Of a stretch of 38,031 bases of DNA, positions 34,136 to 38,031 are shown one piece after another. The notes beneath the pieces are model-generated. The model saw nothing but the letters and a program-made list of their open reading frames with translations, searched no databases and had not been told where the DNA came from. The stretch is from Octopus sinensis. Its lineage: Eukaryota. Position 1 is the first letter of the stretch, and every line of letters begins with the position of its first letter. The DNA is taken from assembly GCF_006345805.1 (NCBI RefSeq), contig NW_021835705.1, positions 1 to 38,031 on the forward strand. Direction: 5' to 3'. Both the position numbers and the translations under genes were made by a program.

Positions 34136-35102
34136 TTGTTCAATTTTATTTTAGTATTTCTTATCAATAGAGAAAGAACCGGTTTCTAATCTCAACTTCA
34201 CCATTAATTTAAGGCTGATTAGCTGAAGACAAGCATCATGATCACAAGAAAACGCCAGTAGGTAGTCCTATAACCTAGAAAATTCCTTCGTTTCACAACA
34301 TTACTTTCCTAAAGGGCACAGACCCACATTTTTCTAAATACAAGGGTTGATCACAGACGGAATGCGCCAGATTATATGCATATCAATGAACGGAGGTAAA
34401 AATAACAACTTCAATAAATAACATAGCAGTTTCTCTCGTGGAGGCAGCGCGTGTGCTGTGGAATGGCGGAATGTCAGTGAATAGGAAGTCATTTTCGACA
34501 ACTAAGACCGAGGAGAATATTGAATTTGTCAGCTGACATAATAAAGAACACCCCAGACATCTCTTGTGCTGGTTCAATTGAATATTTCTCAGATATCATC
34601 GTGGTGTATTCCGAAAGATTTAAATTTACGGCACTTTATCCCGGGTCTCATATAAACTCAAAATGAAGACAAATGTGCTCATCGACCTCGATTATTCTAC
34701 GTGAGAATGTAAATGCTTTTCTCGAAATATCTTTTTATGATTGTATGTTTTAATCAGAGGAAGGCAGCCAACTGGCACAATCATTAGAACACCGGACAAA
34801 ATGCTTTGCAGTATTTCTTACGGTTGCTTACTTTCTGAGTTCAAATCGTTAATGAGATACGATTTGACTTGTCAGTGAAGGGGAGGCTTCGAAATGTTTA
34901 GCTTAACTGCAACATGGCATAATGGAGAATCATTTAATGGTTACTTTCCTAATTCAGCGCAGTGATGTTTCGGAGATCCAACTTGCTTTAATGAGTATTG
35001 ACTATGGGTTCCTGAAACAAGTAGAAAGTCATTCGAAATTCCTTAAGATAATTTCTCTTATAACTTTCTAAGACACTAATAATGAACACATGTATGTGTG
35101 TG

Positions 35103-35132
<30 letters not shown>

Positions 35133-35135
<3 letters not shown>

Positions 35136-35456
35136 CAGCATTTTGTCTGCCGCTACGTTCTGAGTTCAAATTCCGCCGAGGTCGACTTTGCCTTTCATTC
35201 TTTCAGGGTCGATTAAATAAGTACCAGTTACGCACTGGGGTCGATCTAATCGACTTAATCCGTTTGTCTGTCCTTGTTTGTCACCTCTGTGTTTAGCCCC
35301 TTGTGGGTAGTAAAGAAATAGGTATTTCGTCTGCCGCTACGTTCTGAGTTCAAATTCCGCCGTGGTTGAATTTGCCTTTCATCCTTTCGGGGTCGATTAA
35401 ATAAGTACCAGTTACGCACTGGGGTCAATATAGCAGTAAAGAAATAGGTATCCGTC
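35133..35456 (+). mobile_element. SINE family A, headless multimer
   Basis: Unit junctions AAAGAAATAG|GTAT at 35321/35322 and ~35447. Confidence 0.9.
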
Positions 35457-35913
35457 ATAAGAATATAACGAAAGATGTGGGTTAGACTCGTGTTCTATAT
35501 TTGAGATGAATTTCTTCACCAAAATGTTAAACCAATATCACTACAAGAAACATTTACTGAGTGACCACTAGATAGGCTCCAGCTGAATTTTTCTTGTGGG
35601 TATATCCAACAAGTATGTACAAGACAAATACTGCAGCCATTTCTGTATTTTTGAACCCGACAGCTGATTTAGATCTCAAAACGTGGCGACCAATGCTCCA
35701 AACAATTTCTAAAAATTCTTATGTTATTTTTTATTTCATAAATTGTAGTATTTTTGTGTAAAAGTCTTCTACTTTCATTTGTAAGTATAGCAAATTATAG
35801 CAGACTATGTCTGTATGTCTGTATGTATGAATGTATGTATGTAGTATGTGTACTGAATATATATGTACACGCACACACACGCGCATATGCTACATACTAC
35901 ATATATATATATA

Positions 35914-35944
<31 letters not shown>

Positions 35945-36011
35945 CTATATATATATATATATACTATCTCTATCTATCTATATCCTATTATCTATATCTA
36001 CTATCTATCTA

Positions 36012-36082
<71 letters not shown>

Positions 36083-37065
36083 AAGCATATATATGCATAA
36101 ATACATGTACACCTACATAAAACTTAGACGCATATGTACATAGATGTATTATTCATTAATTCATTTGGCACGCAATGAATACAAGAAAGGTACCATTGTG
36201 ACTGGCTGATTTATTTGAATACCTATCGAATATCTATATTAAAATCAAGAGAGCTAGAAGCAATGTTGACAGTGAAAAGTATTGCAAAAACATTAGTTAT
36301 ATTTCGTAGAGAAAAATACTTAAGTATCGATCTAAGTTTTTAATGTCTTATAGAAATCCTGAAGAAATATTCTGCGTTACCAATTGGGGTTGTGATCTCA
36401 GAATTCGCCACTACAGATCTAAAAAAGCTTTGAATCAGAGTCGACTATATAATAACATCGGTCGTAATAAACACATTTTGTTTCATAAAATCATATCATA
36501 TTTATGCTCAACCTGAATATAAAGCAATTATCGTCTAGACATTTTGTTTATATGTACGTTCTGAATGCTACTGATACACTTATTGTTTGATTTATGGAAG
36601 TACTTTCTTTTTACGCTAACTTCATAACAGTTTCCTTTCTTCTGTTCGTTTTTTTTTTTTTACAGAATTCTTTCACTATTTACACGGTCTTCTTTTCAGT
36701 TTTGATATTATTTCTTAGAATTTGCGGCGAATAAATAAGTTTATTTGCGTCACGTCTCTTTACATATGAAAGTTCTAATGTTATCTCGCGTGGATTTCCT
36801 TAAATTCATGCAAATGGAATTCCGTTTTTATTATTAGTGACGAATGGTTGAATAGGTATAACGTGGAGTAAAAGAGAAAAAAAGATCCTAGCTTTTTTAT
36901 TACAATCTTTTACATTCTGAATTCAAATTCTGGCGAGGTCGACTTTACCTCTAATCCCTTCGGGGTCGATAAGGTAAGTACCAGTCAACTAATGGGGTCG
37001 ATGATATTGATTACTCCTACACCTACATTGCTGGCCTTGTGCCAAGATTTGAAACCGTAATTGTT

Positions 37066-37230
37066 AAGGCGATGAACTAGTAGAATCGTTAGCACACCAG
37101 ATAGAATGTTTGGTGGCATTTCGTCCATTCTTACGTTCTGAGTTCAAATTCGGCCGAGGTCAACTTTGCCTTTCATCCTTTCGGGGTCGAAATAATCGAC
37201 AAGCCCCTGCTTTGTGCCTATAATAGAAGT
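37066..37230 (+). mobile_element. SINE family A variant, internally deleted
   Basis: Head AAGGCGATGAACTAG-AGAATCGTTAGCAC, GAGTTCAAATTC and GCCTTTCATCCTTTCGGGGTCGA. Confidence 0.8.
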
Positions 37231-37249
37231 GATTTTTATTATCGTTTCT

Positions 37250-37851
37250 TATTTCTTTATGGCCCACAAGGGGCTAAACACAGAGGGGACAAACAAGGAC
37301 AGACAAACGAATAAAGTCGATTACATCGACCCCAGTGGGTAACTGCTACCTAATTTATCGACCCCGAAAGGATGACAGGCAAAGTCGACCTCGGCGGGAC
37401 TTGAACTCAGAACGTAACGGCAGACGAAATACCTATTTCTTTACTACCCACAAGGGACTAAACACAGAGAGGACAAACAAAAACAGACAAAGGGATTAAG
37501 TCGATTATATCGACCCCAGTGCGTAACTGGTACTTAATTTATCGACCCCGAAAGGATGACAGGCAAAGTCGACCTCGGCGGGACTTGAACTCAGAACGTA
37601 ACGGCAGACGAAATACCTATTTCTTTACTACCCACAAGGGGCTAAACACAGAGAGGACAAAGAAGGACAGACAAACGGATTAAGTCGATTACATCGACCA
37701 CAGTGGGTAACTGGTACTTAATTTATCGACACCGAAAGGATGAAAAGCAAAGTCGACCTCGGCGGAATTTGAACTCAGAACGTAGCGGCAGACGAAATAC
37801 CGCTAAGCATTTCGCTCGGCGTGCTAACGGTTCCGCCAGCTCGCCGCCCTT
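37250..37851 (-). mobile_element. SINE family A head-to-tail trimer (184-bp period)
   Basis: Junctions ATACCTATTTC at 37429 and 37613. Single head at 37797-37851. Confidence 0.93.
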
Positions 37852-38031
37852 GTTATTATCATTTCTATGTTTTGTGTTGACTGGACGCCTCTTTTGCAAT
37901 CGTGGGTCTTCCAGAAAACAGTGGAATACTCTACAAATTGGATGTAATTTTTTTGTTTGTTTTGAGTTTTTTTTTCTTTGTGAACTCTTTACATAAAGAG
38001 GTAAGGAAGCTTTCGTGTGTGTGTCTTCTTG

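Overview
AT-rich, microsatellite-dense animal genomic DNA. The SINE families and repeat landscape resemble an octopus/cephalopod genome (inferred from recognised repeats, not from a database search). I found no host protein-coding gene I can support; most long ORFs in the track are translated microsatellites. The window is mostly decayed transposons: Tc1/mariner remnants (1-368, 1288-2563, 24247-24365, 29335-30236), a Buster/Charlie-type hAT transposase pseudogene (~13890-15140), 3' fragments of RTE, I-group and Hero-like non-LTR retrotransposons, three tRNA-derived SINE families (one forming head-to-tail multimers), a MITE-like foldback, a 3x94-bp tandem repeat and a tRNA-Glu(TTC) with a broken acceptor stem. 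The most interesting signal is RNA structure. Several hammerhead-ribozyme cores sit in Penelope-like terminal repeats (best: 22878-22950 and 17614-17654). In the 3' region of the Hero-like element (20777-20828) there is a hammerhead whose three helices can all be drawn but whose strands are joined in an order that fits none of types I, II or III; it lies just downstream of a Pol II promoter-like module. All structures and alignments were read by eye and have not been tested computationally or experimentally.
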